The notes under the pieces: model-generated | Databases searched by the model: none | Told to the model about the DNA's origin: nothing | The model's input: only the letters and a program-made list of their open reading frames with translations | In this document: positions 12,091 through 26,305 of the stretch, one piece after another | Layout: each line of letters begins with the position of its first letter | How positions within the stretch are numbered: the stretch's first letter is position 1 | Made by a program: the position numbers and the translations under genes | DNA from: Octopus sinensis | Taxonomy: Eukaryota | DNA: 64,000 bases | Direction: 5' to 3' | NCBI RefSeq assembly: GCF_006345805.1 | Contig: NC_043000.1 | Span: 97,836,001-97,900,000, forward strand

Positions 12091-13079
12091 TATATATTAA
12101 GTTAGACATGGCCTGGGCCAATAATGGCCGAAACCTATCAAAGTATCAAAGTATATATATATATATATATATATCATAAATTAGGGTATCTACGAGATAC
12201 CACCGTGCTGAAAATAGCAGCCATGATCTGACTCTAAAACCACCTTAATTGTCCATATATATAAATATATAAATTTTATATATATATATATATATATAAA
12301 CATTTCCAGATATGTATGCATAAAATGTATCTATGTATGTACGCACACATATTCAGACACAAAATCAATTTATGCACTTAACATGTGGATGTAAATTTAC
12401 ATTACAAAAAAAATCTACTTGAAATTTTGAAAACATAAAACACAATATTGAAAGTTTGAAATAAATCGTCATATATCATAACTATTCAAGTAATTTCTAT
12501 ACCGAGCAATATGATTCCTACAGATATGGAAAACAAACTCTAGTTTAATAAGTAACAGGAAGTTATGAAACCTGAAGTCAGAATAACACCCCCAATGAAA
12601 AGAACAGATGTTAATAATGACAACATACAAACAAAAACAAGTTAACTTTATTACATTTACAGATAAAAATCAAAGATATGTATGCCTTCAGGTCAGATTA
12701 ATTTTAGATTTAATGTCAGATGAAATTGTTTAATATTTGACAGATGGTGTAAGGTAAGAGAGTCAATCACAGTGTAGTGTTCATAATAGAGTGGAAGGAA
12801 AATATATAGCCTGTATGTGGGTGCTTGATATCCTAGAAGAAAAAGCAGTCAAATCTCCCTCGCTACACCTTACTGCCTTGAGAATAAAGCAATGGATTAT
12901 AAGTCTGCCCAGTTAAGGCTGGCTTGAGTCTTAACAACTGTACAAAAGTAAGACTGCAGAAATTTTTTTTGAGTTGGGAGAGGTATGAATAGAATAAACT
13001 TCTTTCATTTATTGTTGGAAATTAAGCAACATAAAATTATGCAATATGCATTTGAGCTTAATGTGTGCATGTGTGTGTA

Positions 13080-13144
<65 letters not shown>

Positions 13145-13332
13145 ACATGTATACTATGTAAAAATATGGCATATAGTGTTGTACTTGAAAATATAGCCCC
13201 TACATGGTCACTCCATCTGTTAGAAATAGTAGCCAAATTTCACTCAGTACACATTACCATCATGCCAAAAAAAAAAAAAAGAAATGTATGCACTAGTTGT
13301 ATATAGTCTGTGTACTTTATTATTATTATTAA

Positions 13333-13435
13333 GGTGGTGAGCTGGCATGATGGGCAAAATGCTTAGCAGTATTTCGTCCATCTTTATGTTCTGAAGTTGA
13401 CTTTGCCTTTCCTCCTTTCTGGGGTCAATTAAATG
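13333..13435 (+). mobile_element. Nin/Deu-domain tRNA SINE, 5' half
   Basis: GGTGGTGAGCTGGCA head and GACTTTGCCTTTCCTCCTTTCTGGGGTCAAT domain. Confidence 0.7.
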
Positions 13436-13439
13436 CATA

Positions 13440-13667
13440 CCTATTTCTTTACCACCCACAAGGGGCTAAACACAGAGAGGACAAGCAAGGACAGACAGAT
13501 TAAGTCGTTTATATTGACCCCAGTGCGTAACTGGTGCTTCTTTAAACGACCTCGAAAGGATGAAAGGCAAAGTTGACCTCGGCGGAATTTGAACTCAGAA
13601 CGTAATGGCAGACGAAAAACGGCTACGCATTTCGCCCGGCGTGCTAACGTTTCTGCCAGCTCACCAC
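13440..13667 (-). mobile_element. Nin/Deu-domain tRNA SINE, young full-length copy with tail type A
   Basis: Reverse complement reads GGTGAGCTGGCAGAAACGTTAGCACGCCGGGCG..GAGTTCAAATTCC (B-box)..GCCTTTCATCCTTTCGAGGTCG..TTAGCCCCTTGTGGG..AAGAAATAGG. CpGs are retained. Confidence 0.85.
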
Positions 13668-13725
13668 TGAAAATTACTGACCTTTTGCCAAATTTGGAAA
13701 TTCTTTTAATTTTTATTATAATTAA

Positions 13726-13935
13726 GGTAGCAAAGCTGGTAGAACCGTTAGCATGACTGACAAAATGCTTCACAGCATTTCATCCGTCTTTGTGTTCTGA
13801 GTTCAAATTTTGCTGAGGTCAATTTTGCCTTTCATTCTTTTGGGGTTGATAAAATAAGTATCCGTTGAGAACTGGGGTTGATGTAATTGACTTGCACTTT
13901 CTCTTGAAATTGCTGGCTTTATGCCAAATTTATAA
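13726..13935 (+). mobile_element. Nin/Deu-domain tRNA SINE, older copy with tail type B
   Basis: Same head, B-box and GCCTTTCATTCTTTTGGGGTTGATAAAATAAGTA domain. Confidence 0.75.
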
Positions 13936-16212
13936 AGCGTTATTATTAACTGATCAATTGATTGATCTGTCAAAATGTTTTGACAACTTTCTAGCCCTTT
14001 AAATCAGTCCACCATAATTGTTCTGTTCTTTCTGGGTGTTTGGTGTTGGTGGTCAGTGCAGCAGGTACATGTTTGTTGTGATGTTCTTGGATAGTATGTC
14101 TATAACCGAAATGATGTTGTGTCTGTGACAGTGAGTGTTGATGTATTTTTGTTTTCTGACACATACACACATTACATGTCGTTCCTATTTGTTTTCTGCC
14201 AACTGAGCAAATAGCAAATACAAGTTCACTCAGGGTTGCCATGATCAGTTTATTCATTTGTGTGCATGTGTGTGTGTGAGAGAGAGAAGGAGAGAAAGGG
14301 AGAGAGAGAGAGAGAGACTATCCATTTATTCATAAACATACACACGTGCACATACTTTTATACACATGTATTCATACACATAAATATTCATATATATATA
14401 TTCATGCACATATATATTCAAGCACACACACAGCAAATTTATATTTTATTATTTTCTGTTATATCATATATAGTAATTCTCAGTTTATTGTATTATCTCT
14501 TAGGTGGCAGTATAGTTATATCATTATTACCATTTATGTCTTTTAAAAGGGCCACTGCTACCTGATCTGATTCTTTCTGGCTCCCCACATGTGGACTGAT
14601 TCACTGACCTGTTGGCACATCAATCAGATCGCTGATCTATCATGTTTGTAGAACATAGATGCTGGTTACTTTCCATTGTATCTTATCAATGTACCACAAT
14701 TCTTCCACCTATGCTATGGCTGTTCCCTCTGTATAAGTTGTAGTTATGTCACTAAACTGTCCTAGACACCTTTTGCAATGCAAGCTACCTCTACTTTTAG
14801 TATTTACCTGTACTTTGGTTTTGGAATTCTGCACTTACTCTAATGGGTAGAATATATGATTAAAGATTTAATAAAACAGCCAGTTCTTTTTAACAACCTT
14901 AATTCTAAGTTTAGTTTCATGTAACTTAACTCTAAAAAAAAAAATAAAGATTAATAAAATAACTACCATATTGCAAAAATACTGGAGGTCAACATAATGT
15001 ACTAATATCTTTGAATGCAGTGCCCCAGCATGGGCATAGTCCATTGAGTGAAATCAATAAAATAAAACATAAAACCGTGTGGTGTGTGTGTGTGTGCATA
15101 TATAGGCAGTTAATGAGCATAGAACGATTATGATGAACAAATACATTTGTTACTTGACAACAGCATAATTGAAGTAAAGCAAAAATTAAAAATAAAAATA
15201 AGCAAGCACTAAGTGAGTCTATATCAACAACTCAGTAAATAATGTTTTGCTGAATTACCAAGGTATTTACTCATATTTCTATGCCAGCTGTGTGTGTGTA
15301 AATCAACCCCACCCCAACCAGAAAAAGATGATTGTTTTTATACATAAATACAAAATATCTCTAGAAATTTCGTATATAATTAAAAAGAAAATTACAAAAC
15401 TAAATTATCTATGAAAAGTAACTGTTCAGGGAATTTTAACACATAAATCACAAATAGGATTCATAGAGAAGTTAAAAAAAATAAAAATTACTAAACATAA
15501 AAATAAACAAATTTAAAGAGTTCAGATAATGATATTCTTAACATAGGAACAAGGTTGAGGGTGGACAAGGTTTGGTAGATTTAATCAATTCCAGTACTTG
15601 ATTAGTGATTAATTGCATCAATCTCAACAGAATTTGAACTCAGAAATTAAAAGATGTATTAGTAAATACCATAAAGTACTTAATCAGTATGATATATCTT
15701 GGTTCTATTATATAAATCCTATTGTTATAAAAAGTTCCTATCTAAATGAATATGAAAGCCATTGTAATTTTATAAAATACCATTTTGTGAAGTTATGTTC
15801 AAAAATACTAGCTTAGTAGAAGGGGAGTTCTAAATCCAACTAAATTTTATTATTTTTAAAACTGAAACCATCAATTGTAAAAAATATGGTATCGAGCATT
15901 TTATTATCAGTTACCCTACTGTTCAAACCCCTACTAACAGGCAATGGGGATATAAAAAAGCATAAACAAAAAATTACAAATTTGGAGTGGTTAGTTAATT
16001 AAATAGCTGACAACTACTTTATTTTATCAAGGTTAGGAAGAAAAGCTGCAAAGTTGATGATAAAAGCAATAGAACTTAGACTGAAGAGACCCAAAACAAA
16101 CACTACAAGGCATTCTGTTCAACATTAACAGTTCTTCCAATCAAATATTAATCTTTGCAAAAAGAAAAAAAAAAAACAACAAACAAAAACAATTTAAATC
16201 AGAGATTTTATA

Positions 16213-16601
16213 CTCTTTTACTTGCTTCAGTCAATTGACTGTGGCTATGCTGGAGCACTGCCTTTAGTTGAGCAAATCGACCCCAGGACTTATTCTTTGT
16301 AAGCCTAGTACTTATTCTATTGGTCTCATTTGCCGAACCGCTAAGTGACGGGTCTTAAACACACACCATCAGTTGTCAAGCGATGTTGGGAGGACAAACA
16401 CAGACACACTAACATATACACACACATATATGTATACATATATATGATGGGCTTCTTTCAGTTTCCGTCTACCAAATCCACTGACAAGGCTTTGGTCGAC
16501 CGAGGCTATAGTAGAAGACACTTGCCCAAGGTGCCATGCAGTGGGAATGAACCCAGAACCATGTAGTTGATAAGCAAGCTACTTACCACACAGCCACTCC
16601 T
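16213..16601 (-). mobile_element. OR1-type tRNA-CORE SINE, full length
   Basis: Head, CORE-like segment, microsatellite and tail are all present in reverse complement. Confidence 0.9.
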
Positions 16602-16662
16602 CATATTCTTTTATTTATTTACATGGCTGTGGCCATACTGGGGCACCATAATCATACACACA

Positions 16663-16712
<50 letters not shown>

Positions 16713-17772
16713 AAATACACACACACACACACTCCCTTAATATCAAGTCAATACAGAGCCTCTACCTAGTTATTCAATTTGTCAGAAACAGCAGCTAAAT
16801 CACTGTCAATCATACATGCAGTCTCAATAAAGGAAGGATGGATTTGATAATGTTCTACCATATGACATGAGTAAAAACAAAAACTTCTAATTACAAAAAT
16901 GTTTTAATTATATAAAAAAAACAAAGAGAGATGAATAGCCAAGTCAAAGATTAAAGCAGTTATAGAGTCTGCTCATAAAGAAGTGACCTGGAAATGAACA
17001 ACAACTATTAACATACTGCACAACTAAAAACACATTCATAGATTAGATTAGCAGTTGTGCCATTTTATCATATCTAGAATGTTTTTTAAAGAATTAGGTT
17101 GATAAATTTTTCACATAATGAAAATTTTGTGGAGAGCAAAAATAAAAGTAGTTATTTTAGAGAAACATTTATATTCTATTCAAAACTTAGTTAATATGAG
17201 AGGAAACCACAAAAAAAAAAAAAAGACACACCAAAAATTATTTTCATGTTTTACAAAATTAGAAAGATAAGAAAAAAAAAAGGACTGATTTAGGAATAAT
17301 TCCTTTTAAATAATCAACCAAAAAGAAAATAACAATAATCTATAACAAAAAAAAAAAATTGAATTTAGGCTTTGTTGCCAACATGTATACTTTACAAATT
17401 TGTGTGTAAAGATATATATATCTGTCTTGGTACTCCAGCATGGCCACAACCTTAGGGCTGAAATGTATATAAGAATATATCTATCTATCTGTGTATATTT
17501 ATATAATATTGGTTCAGGCCTCACAGCTAGATAATTATTTCCCCCAGGCAGTTAGCTATAAGGTCTGGATCAAGATTAAATTTTTACAAAATATTTTAAA
17601 TGTATTTAGTTCTTATTTGAAATGTATAGTCTTCTTGATCATTTGATCAAAACTATCACTCACACGAAATACTGAATGCTTGCTACATGAATGAATGAAT
17701 CCACACTGAAAATGTTTCCAAAAGCATCCAAGTTATATAAAACCAACTACCTATCTTTTTTTTCTTTCTTTT

Positions 17773-17975
17773 GTACTTGTTTCAGTCATTAGAGTGTGAC
17801 CATATTGGAGCACCACCTTGATTAATTTTTAGTTGAATATATTGACCCGAGCACCTATTTTTTGAATATTCTTTTAGTCTTTTGCCAAACTGCTAAGGTA
17901 TGGGGATGTAAACACACCTGCACCGGTTGTCAAGCAATGATGGGGAACAGACACACATATATATATGACGGGCTT
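17773..17975 (-). mobile_element. OR1-type SINE, 3' half
   Basis: Tail homology to the copy at 16213-16450. Confidence 0.7.
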
Positions 17976-18134
17976 CTGGTGATAAAATATCAAGCACTAT
18001 TATAAATGATATTGCTTTGTATATATTCCAAGATTTTAATTTTATACATATCTCATCTTCTATATAATAAAATGATTTTTTAAAAATAAAAGCAATAAAA
18101 AAACAAAAAAGAAGCTAACCACAGCCTTTATAAT

Positions 18135-18315
18135 AACCTTTCTACTATAGACACAAAGCCTGAAATTTGGTGAGAAGAAAGCTACTAGTCAATTTCCTCA
18201 AACCCAGTACTCAACTGGTACATATTTTATAAACCCTGAAAGAATGAAAAGACAGACTAAATGCCACAAAAAATTTTGTCCGGTGTGCTAACTATTCTGC
18301 CAGCTCTCTGCCTTG
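18135..18315 (-). mobile_element. Nin/Deu-domain SINE, degraded, tail B
   Basis: Homology to 22816-23027. Confidence 0.65.
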
Positions 18316-18460
18316 CCCATGGCTGTTATAATGGATATCCACTTATATCAATCATTATTATACTAGCATGTATTTTATTGCCCTTGAAAGGATAAAACTC
18401 ATAACCAACAAAATTTTGATCAGAGCACTGATACACAACTAAATAAAGCCAGGTATTCAA

Positions 18461-18660
18461 GCGAAATGCTTAGCGGTATTTCGTCTGCGTTATGTTGTGA
18501 GTTCAAATTCCGCCGAGGTCGACTTTGCCTTTCATCCTTTCGGGGTCGATAAATTAAGTACCAGTTACGCACTGGGGTCGATGTAATCGACTTAATACCT
18601 ATGTCTGTCCTTGTTTGTTCCCTCTGTGTTTAGCCCCCTGTGGGTAATAAAGAAATAGGT
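18461..18660 (+). mobile_element. Nin/Deu-domain SINE, young, 5'-truncated, tail A, with TSD
   Basis: Intact domain GGTCGACTTTGCCTTTCATCCTTTCGGGGTCGATAAATTAAGTACCAG. AGGTATTCAAG is repeated at 18451-61 and 18657-67. Confidence 0.85.
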
Positions 18661-21600
18661 ATTCAAGGTGTCACACCACCACTCCATAGCACAATTGTAA
18701 CAAAAAACTGCGACTAAACTACTGGCAAGACAAGAGTGATTTAGTTAGCTAGCAAATAAAATGTATAAATGAGCCAAAAAACTAAAACCAAATTTTTAAA
18801 GTATAATAAAGCTGAAAGCATATTTTATAATGGATCCAATTAGATTACTTTAAACAATGGTATAATATATTCAGATTATGTAAACATAAAATTCAATATG
18901 TAAATATAAACGAAACCAAATTTGGTGGAGTTTAAACTGATGACATGTTTAAAATATATAGATCTTTACAAATGAAAAAAATATGCTCGTAAATATCTAT
19001 TTAAGATAGCATCCACAAAAGATTTAGTGATTTAAATTTATCCAAAAAGTAATAATTTTCAGTTTTTGCTTTTTTGTTTAAAATAAAAATTGGGAGGGAG
19101 AATTAAGCCTTAAACCTAATTTGCTTCCTTTAACAACACATAACTTCCAAGTAAAATCTTTATTCCTCAGGAAGCTGACATGAACACTATTTTATTTGAT
19201 TTTCTCTTCAAACTAATTGCGTTTTTACAATCTTTTATTATCATCATTATTAACTTTTATTATTATTATTATCATTATCATTTAGCTAATATATAAAGAG
19301 GAGATAAAAATGATGAAAATAAACCAAAGTAGTAGAAACTGTTGAATTTTCTCTGATGTTTGGTTATTAATAAATTGAACAAGAATATAGATAAAAATAA
19401 ACATTAAAAAATCATTTATAATCTATAAAAATGTTTTAATATAAAAAAAAATTGTTTATAGATTGATTATAAACACAAATCATAAACCTTGCAATATTTG
19501 GCTGCAATAAAGAAAAAAAAAGAAATATAGAAAATATAGAAAGCTTAACTAGTTGAAAAAAAAAAAAATGTTCCTATCAGAAGAAAATTTTCTCAGTTCC
19601 TTTAAATTACCATTTAGGAAGTAGCTTTTTAAAATAAATTTAACTATAAAATGGTAAAAACTTAAATTTAAAATATTTAACATAAAAGGAAATGTTAACA
19701 TTTATTTCTATTCATGGAAACATATGAATTATTTGAGAATTTTCTGTTGATATTATGTATATTTATTAACTTATTTATTTTATTCATTTGTTTATATTTT
19801 ATATGGAGCTTTTCTATCAGACTAGGAAATCTTTAGCCAGCTAAGAGTGCATACACTTTAAACACAACACATACACAATGCATTTTTGATGTACTGGGCA
19901 TGTAAACAAATGAACTAATGAGACAGAAATAACAAGAGAGAAACCACATTAATCACGAATAACTTATTAACTACACTTCCATTACAAATATAAAAAAATG
20001 ACTCCGAGTTCTTTTCCCAAAACCAAAATGAAACCCAGAATATTTCAACAGGAGTAAGGACGAAATACATAAAGCCAAATAAATAAAGTAAATGACATGG
20101 AAGAGGTTGTAGCTTTACCCTCCTTTTCTTGACACTGTAATTTCCATTGTATTAGCTTATAGGGTTAGGGGCCTAAAATGACAGTCAGTTGCAATGATAT
20201 TGCAAGTCAGCTGCTACAAGAAAGTTAATGCTACTACTATTATTACCACCACCACCACCCTTTGTTTTGTTTTTTTTGTTTTTGTAATTTTTAACGAACT
20301 AGCACATACTGATGGATTTATGCAATACAAGGTTAATTCCTATTACCTCAGTGCTTACTAACTGCAACCAACAAAAACAACCCCGGTTTTATCCTAATGA
20401 TACCAAACCACCCGAGATTGAGCATTTCTATTATATATAACCAATTTTAAAGTGTTCATGTTTAAATTAATAACTTTCAACATGAGTTTAAGAAAGAACC
20501 GCTTCATTATGTCATTATCCACATACCATATTAATATTGAAAACATCATTTTACAAAATCCTTAAGCTCTTATACAAAATGAATTCAAACACAGGCAGTG
20601 GATTTCATTAAAACATGGTCAGAATAGAGGTATAGAAAGATATAGTTTACAGTTGCTTCATAAACAACTACATTAAGCAACTCAACATTAACAGGAAAAA
20701 ACCACAAAAGTCGAAAGGTTGTACACAATGAATATATAAGATACATACACAGACATAAATGTGTGTGTGAAATATATTGAAAAAGAAATTAATTCATAGG
20801 AATATATTTCAAAATTATAATTTAAAAATATTAAAATAATCACATTTTTTTTTAAATTAAAGGCTCAGTAAAAACTAGGTAATAAATGAATAAAATGGTT
20901 TTAAGCCAAGATACTAATACAATCACTGGAGTGCTACCAACACCATTTATAAGGTATTGAGTAGATTTTCTTTTTTAATACCGATGAGAGAATATTGATA
21001 AAATTTAAAGCTCTTTTTAAAGGAAAACAAGAAATAAAGATTATCTCAACCACATAGCTGTTTTTCTAAAAGTGGAAAGGGTATCACAATGGCTTAATGA
21101 TTTCTACCATGCTACAAGTTTAAGGACCGGTTAAAATCTATTAAATCAATCTGATACTTGATTTATAAACCCTATAAAGATGAAAAACAAAAACAATCCT
21201 GGTAGGTTCAAACTCTGAACGTAAAGCAATGTGACTAAATTTTGTTGCTTTGATAATTCTGCAGATCTACTTTATTTTAAAACTGACATTAGTGACGGTT
21301 GAGAAGTTTGCTTTACAACTAATAATTTCAAGTCTGGTCCCACTATGTACCAACTTGTGGGGATGGGGTAAATAGGTGAATTCTGCTACACTCTTGGGGT
21401 GACCAATAATGAGAAATTTGGTCAATAGAAACTGTATGCATGTGTATGTATATGCACATGTATGCAGTTATTTATATCATCATCACTATCATTTAATGGT
21501 CATCTTCCATGCTGGCACAGGCAGTGGCATGGTTCAACAAGATCCAGTGAGCTGGAGGACTGTGTTAATCTCCGATGTCTACTTAGGCATGGTTGCTATG

Positions 21601-22395
21601 GCTGGATACTCTCACACACACACACATATACATACATAAACACACCACATGGATACCCATGTGTATGGTCTGACAACTAGAAGTCAAAGTAACTTGTTGA
21701 ATAAGTACTGGAGTCAACAATGTTGACCGACCTCTTAACAGTAGTATCCCAGTAAAGCTGCAGTACAGTGAAGGAAACAAATTAAATGAATAATAATTTT
21801 ATCAGGCTAAATTACAAGTAAACCTAACATGACAGCAATGAAAATTTTAAACTAAAACCTAAAAGATATATAAAATCTTAGTCATGCTCTTTGTAGAGTT
21901 GTAAATAATATCAACAAATCTTGAAATGTGTAGAGTCTTTATTTATTTTTTTTGCTTTTAAATATAATGCAAAATTTTTTTTAAATATTCTATTTACATG
22001 AAAAAATATTTACATGCCTGGAACATTTGCATGTTGGTCACATTAGAGGAAACATACTCGCACAGGCAGGTATACATTGTTATACATACTATATTTATAT
22101 TATATGTTAATGTGCATATGAATAATAAATGACAAATATTGAATACATTTCCAAACACTTTATATATGAATATTACTATGTATATGAATATGTAATGACA
22201 GATATTATATACATACTTCAGGCATCCTTCATTCATATTTATGTGTGAGAATTAAAGGATCTTTTTTGTTTTTTTGTTACATATTTTGTTATATAAAGTT
22301 GCAAATTTCCTTTTAAATTCAGTTAAATGAAATTTGGAATTTACAAAGAAATGAATGGAATAAAAAAAAATGATACATGTACAAGCTATATATAT

Positions 22396-22440
<45 letters not shown>

Positions 22441-22586
22441 AAGCTATTACATACATACACACACACACACAAAGCTATTACATACATACACGTGCACACA
22501 CACACAAAGCTATTACATATATGTATATACACACACAAAGCTATTACATACATACATATATATTATATTATACATATATACATACA

Positions 22587-22746
22587 CGACGGGCTTCTTT
22601 CAGTTTCTGTTTATCAAATCCACTCACAAGGCTTTAGTCAGCCTGAGGCTATAGAAGACACTTGCCCAAGGTGCTACGCAATGGGACTGAACCTGGAACC
22701 ATATGACTGGGAAGCAAGCTTCTTACCACACAGCCACACCCGTGCC
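22587..22746 (-). mobile_element. OR-type SINE, tRNA head plus CORE segment
   Basis: Homology to 16445-16601. Confidence 0.8.
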
Positions 22747-22815
22747 TATATATATATATTTTTTTTAGTATATACTGTGTACGTGTGTAAGATATGTATC
22801 TACATGAAATATATT

Positions 22816-23027
22816 CTTTTCTACTCTAGGCACAAGGCCCGAAATTTTGGGGGAGGGAGCCAGTCAATTAGATCGACCCCTGTTTGCTACTGGCACTTAA
22901 TTTATCGACCCAAAATCATAAAAGGCAAAGTTAATTTCAACGGAATTTGAACTCAGAATGTGAAGACAGATGAAATACCGCTAAGCATTTTGCCAGGCAT
23001 GCTAACATTTCTACCAGCTCATCACCT
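22816..23027 (-). mobile_element. Nin/Deu-domain SINE, tail B, 19-bp TSD
   Basis: TATCTACATGAAATATATT occurs at 22797-22815 and 23028-23046. Confidence 0.85.
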
Positions 23028-25228
23028 TATCTACATGAAATATATTGTTAGACATTCACTCTAAATTAGTTACTTCTCGTGTATTTGTTTTTAGAAAAAG
23101 AAAAAGTTGCAGTGAAATGTAGAAGATATTAATTTAAACCTTTATTTACAATAAGGCTAATGAACGAAATATGAACTGGTGGAATACTGTCATGTATTTT
23201 GTCTTTCCAACTGTAATCCCATCCCAAATAACTAGATAAGTAAATATGAATATAGGATTTCAGAGTTAAAAAGTGAAATACATACACACACATATGTGCC
23301 AACTTTTACTTTACTTATTTGTGATACTAAATGTATGAATATACAGCTGTTAACTTTTTGCAATCGATTAAAATATTCTTCTGTAGATAGTTGTACAGTT
23401 AAACTCATGTTGGAATTACATGATAATAGGTTCTACATCAATGAGGGGCACCTTTGGCAAAAGTACCTTCTGCTGTATCTTTAAGTGGAATTTGATAGAT
23501 AGAAGTTGTGTAGTAACGTCTCATGTGCAGGTGTGAGAGTGTGTGTGTATATATGTGCATGTGTATACCAGAGATAAAAATAGTTTGGTCAAACAGCATT
23601 AATATGCATAAAAAGGTATGGCGGTGCCCCAGCATGGCCACAGCTCATAAGCTGAAACTAGAATCAATCAATCAATCAAATCCATTCACTATAATCGATT
23701 AAAACCTTTAAAAGCAGTGCCCCGGCATGCCCACAGTCCAATCTCTAAGGAAAGACATAATATGGATGGAGATGGATGAATCTATAGAGTGTTGAACAAA
23801 ATACCATGTATTGTTCTTTCCAAGGCTGATTGCCTTTCATAGTTGTGAGACTGATAAAAATAAGTAAAAAATCAAGTATTTTGGTGAACTGAAATCAACT
23901 ATACTCCAAAATCCATCATCATTATTATTTATTATAAAATACTACCTATTTAATGTAGGATCCAGAGCCAAATCTAACTTCATCTTAGTGACTTATAAAA
24001 AGATGGTCTGGCTCACCGTCATCCTAAAGGTTTGTGTGCCATGTGCATGCGCAAATGTTTTGTAACAAGCACATCAAATACATTTGTACAGACACAAATA
24101 GTTGCTCAAATAATGTATAGTAATTAATAATTATGCTTATTAGACATTCAGTTCACAATGCAAGATTTTTTTCATATATTGATTACAAAATATTAAAAAT
24201 AGCATTAGTTAGGGTAAACATATGTCCAAAAGAAAAGAGTGTATGGATGTAGCTGGAATAGCCTTTGATATTACATGTCTGCTATATCAAGATTTTTACC
24301 TGGAGCTAAATAACAACACCATTAATAAAACAAAAGTGACTGGGAAATTATGATCTAATCAAAGTGAAACATGGTCATAAAGGAGCAATGGAGAGTTATA
24401 TTCTCTGTTAGCAAGCACTCAGCTGAAACTGAACATATCTGTTATATTTGTTACACATGCAAACTAATTCCTCCTGCAGTCAACTTTCCCTTTCATCCAT
24501 CTGCAGTTTGATAAAATAAACAGCAGTCAAGTACTAGGGTTAATATAATAACTACACCCCATCCCAAATTTGTGAAAACTCATGCTTGTATTAGAAATCA
24601 TTCTTGTTGTAAAATGCCTTATGGTAATTAGGTATGGCTCTAGGGTTTTGAATTTAAATCCTTAGGGATTACTTTTCATCCTTATGGGGTTGATAAAATA
24701 AGCAGCAGTCAAGTTTTATTGAACTGATTATACCCTCCCTGTGGTCTTATGCCCATGTTAGGAAATGCTATTATTATAAGAGTTGCATTAGAATAAAGAA
24801 GGTAAATTTCTTGTAGAGCAACTTAGTTCCAGTCGGGACCCTTTATTTAAGAAATGTCAAACATTATAACTTCTTCCCTTTCTTAAAAAAAAAAATCAAA
24901 TCTTATAACTTGTTTAATAAAGACACGTTTCTCAGTCAAACTTGGGTCTCGGTTTCAAATCCTGACTGAGTGAGTAAACTTTTTAAACCAGGCAAAAAAT
25001 CATAATCATAACTTCCCATTCCCCAGCTTCATCTCCTGTAATATTCAGGCTTCACACCTAATAAGGAAATCATATTATCATCACTTCATAGGTTTATATT
25101 TATATAAAGGACCTTGATAAATTTGTCATTCCCCACCCACACAAACGAGTGTGTGTGTGTGTGTGTACATGAAGGGTGGTGTTGGTAATAGACAAACCCT
25201 TATTTCTCTCCAGAAGAGGCCTACTGAC

Positions 25229-25577
25229 CTGTATTCAGCCTACATCCCAGTATGAAGACCAACATTCAAAACTTTCATTCAAAGCAGACATTCTTTACTC
25301 AATATTAGAATCCTCCTTCCTCTTGTACAAGGGTGAGGAGGAAGAGGGGTAATAGCCTGGGGGGTGAAAAAGAAGGGCGGGAGGGTGAGTGAAGTGGGTG
25401 ATGGTAGCAGTAGCAGTGGTGCTGCTGTTTGGTCGTAAGGACCGAGAGAAGTGTGATGATAATGCTTGCGATATAGCAGCAACTCTTACTGCAGCCGGTA
25501 GACTGAAAGGATGGATGGCTACATGGGTGACCTGCATGCATCAAGCTAGGCTACTACTACTACCACCACCACCACAA
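25229..25577 (-). other. Exon-like GC-rich unique island containing an 80-codon S/T/P/H-rich sORF (25537-25295)
   Basis: On the minus strand there is an acceptor ..CATTAG| (25579-78) after a T-rich tract and a donor CAG|GTCAGT (25228-27). A further donor AAG|GTAAGA lies at 25712. All three frames have stops just after the acceptor. Confidence 0.35.
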
Positions 25578-25964
25578 CTAATGTTGTAACAAGGATGAAA
25601 TCATAGAGATAAATAAATATATAACTGAACAAACAAAACATAATGAACAAAGTAAAAAAAAAAAAATTAAAAGCAAGCTGTAACTCAGTTTATAATTTTG
25701 CCTCTTTCTTACCTTCCAGCCCCAATAAAGACACTTATTTTAAATAGTTTCTGATAGGTAAATATTAAAATGATACAAAAATATAAAAAGGGCAGAAGAC
25801 AGAGTAAAAGTAAATAAACATCAACAAATCTAATCTATGTTTACAGATTATAACGATTTCTTCCTTTGTTTCATTTCGTTTCACATTTTTGCTGCTTCAG
25901 TATAAAATAAAAACTGGGAAGTGGAAGCAGGGATCTTCTATCTTCACTAGTTTTCGGTGACAGA

Positions 25965-26305
25965 ACTGTGGCCATAACGGGGCACTGCCTTGATGGGTTC
26001 AGTCAAACAAATAGACCCCAACACTTATTTTTTAAAGCCTGGTACTTATTCTATCAGTCGCTTCTGCTGAACTGCTGGGTTACATGGACATAAACAAACA
26101 ATGGCTGTCAAATGATGGCAAAAAACACAACACAAAAACATACACTGCACACACACACACATTATACATACACACACATGATGGACTTTTTTCGGTTTGT
26201 GTCTACCAAATCCACTCACAAGGCTTTGCCCAAGTTACCACAAAGTGTGACTGAAGTCAAACCCACATGGGTGAGAAGTAAGCTTCTTAACCACACATCC
26301 AAGCC
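25965..26305 (-). mobile_element. OR1-type SINE, degraded
   Basis: Head and tail homology to the 16213-16601 copy. Confidence 0.7.

Noticed and set aside
16530-16601. tRNA-like A/B-box sequences here and at other SINE heads
   Set aside because: They run directly into SINE bodies and do not form a complete cloverleaf, so they are not tRNA genes.
20159-20172. TAGGGTTAGGG telomere-like motif
   Set aside because: Fewer than two full units, so likely chance.
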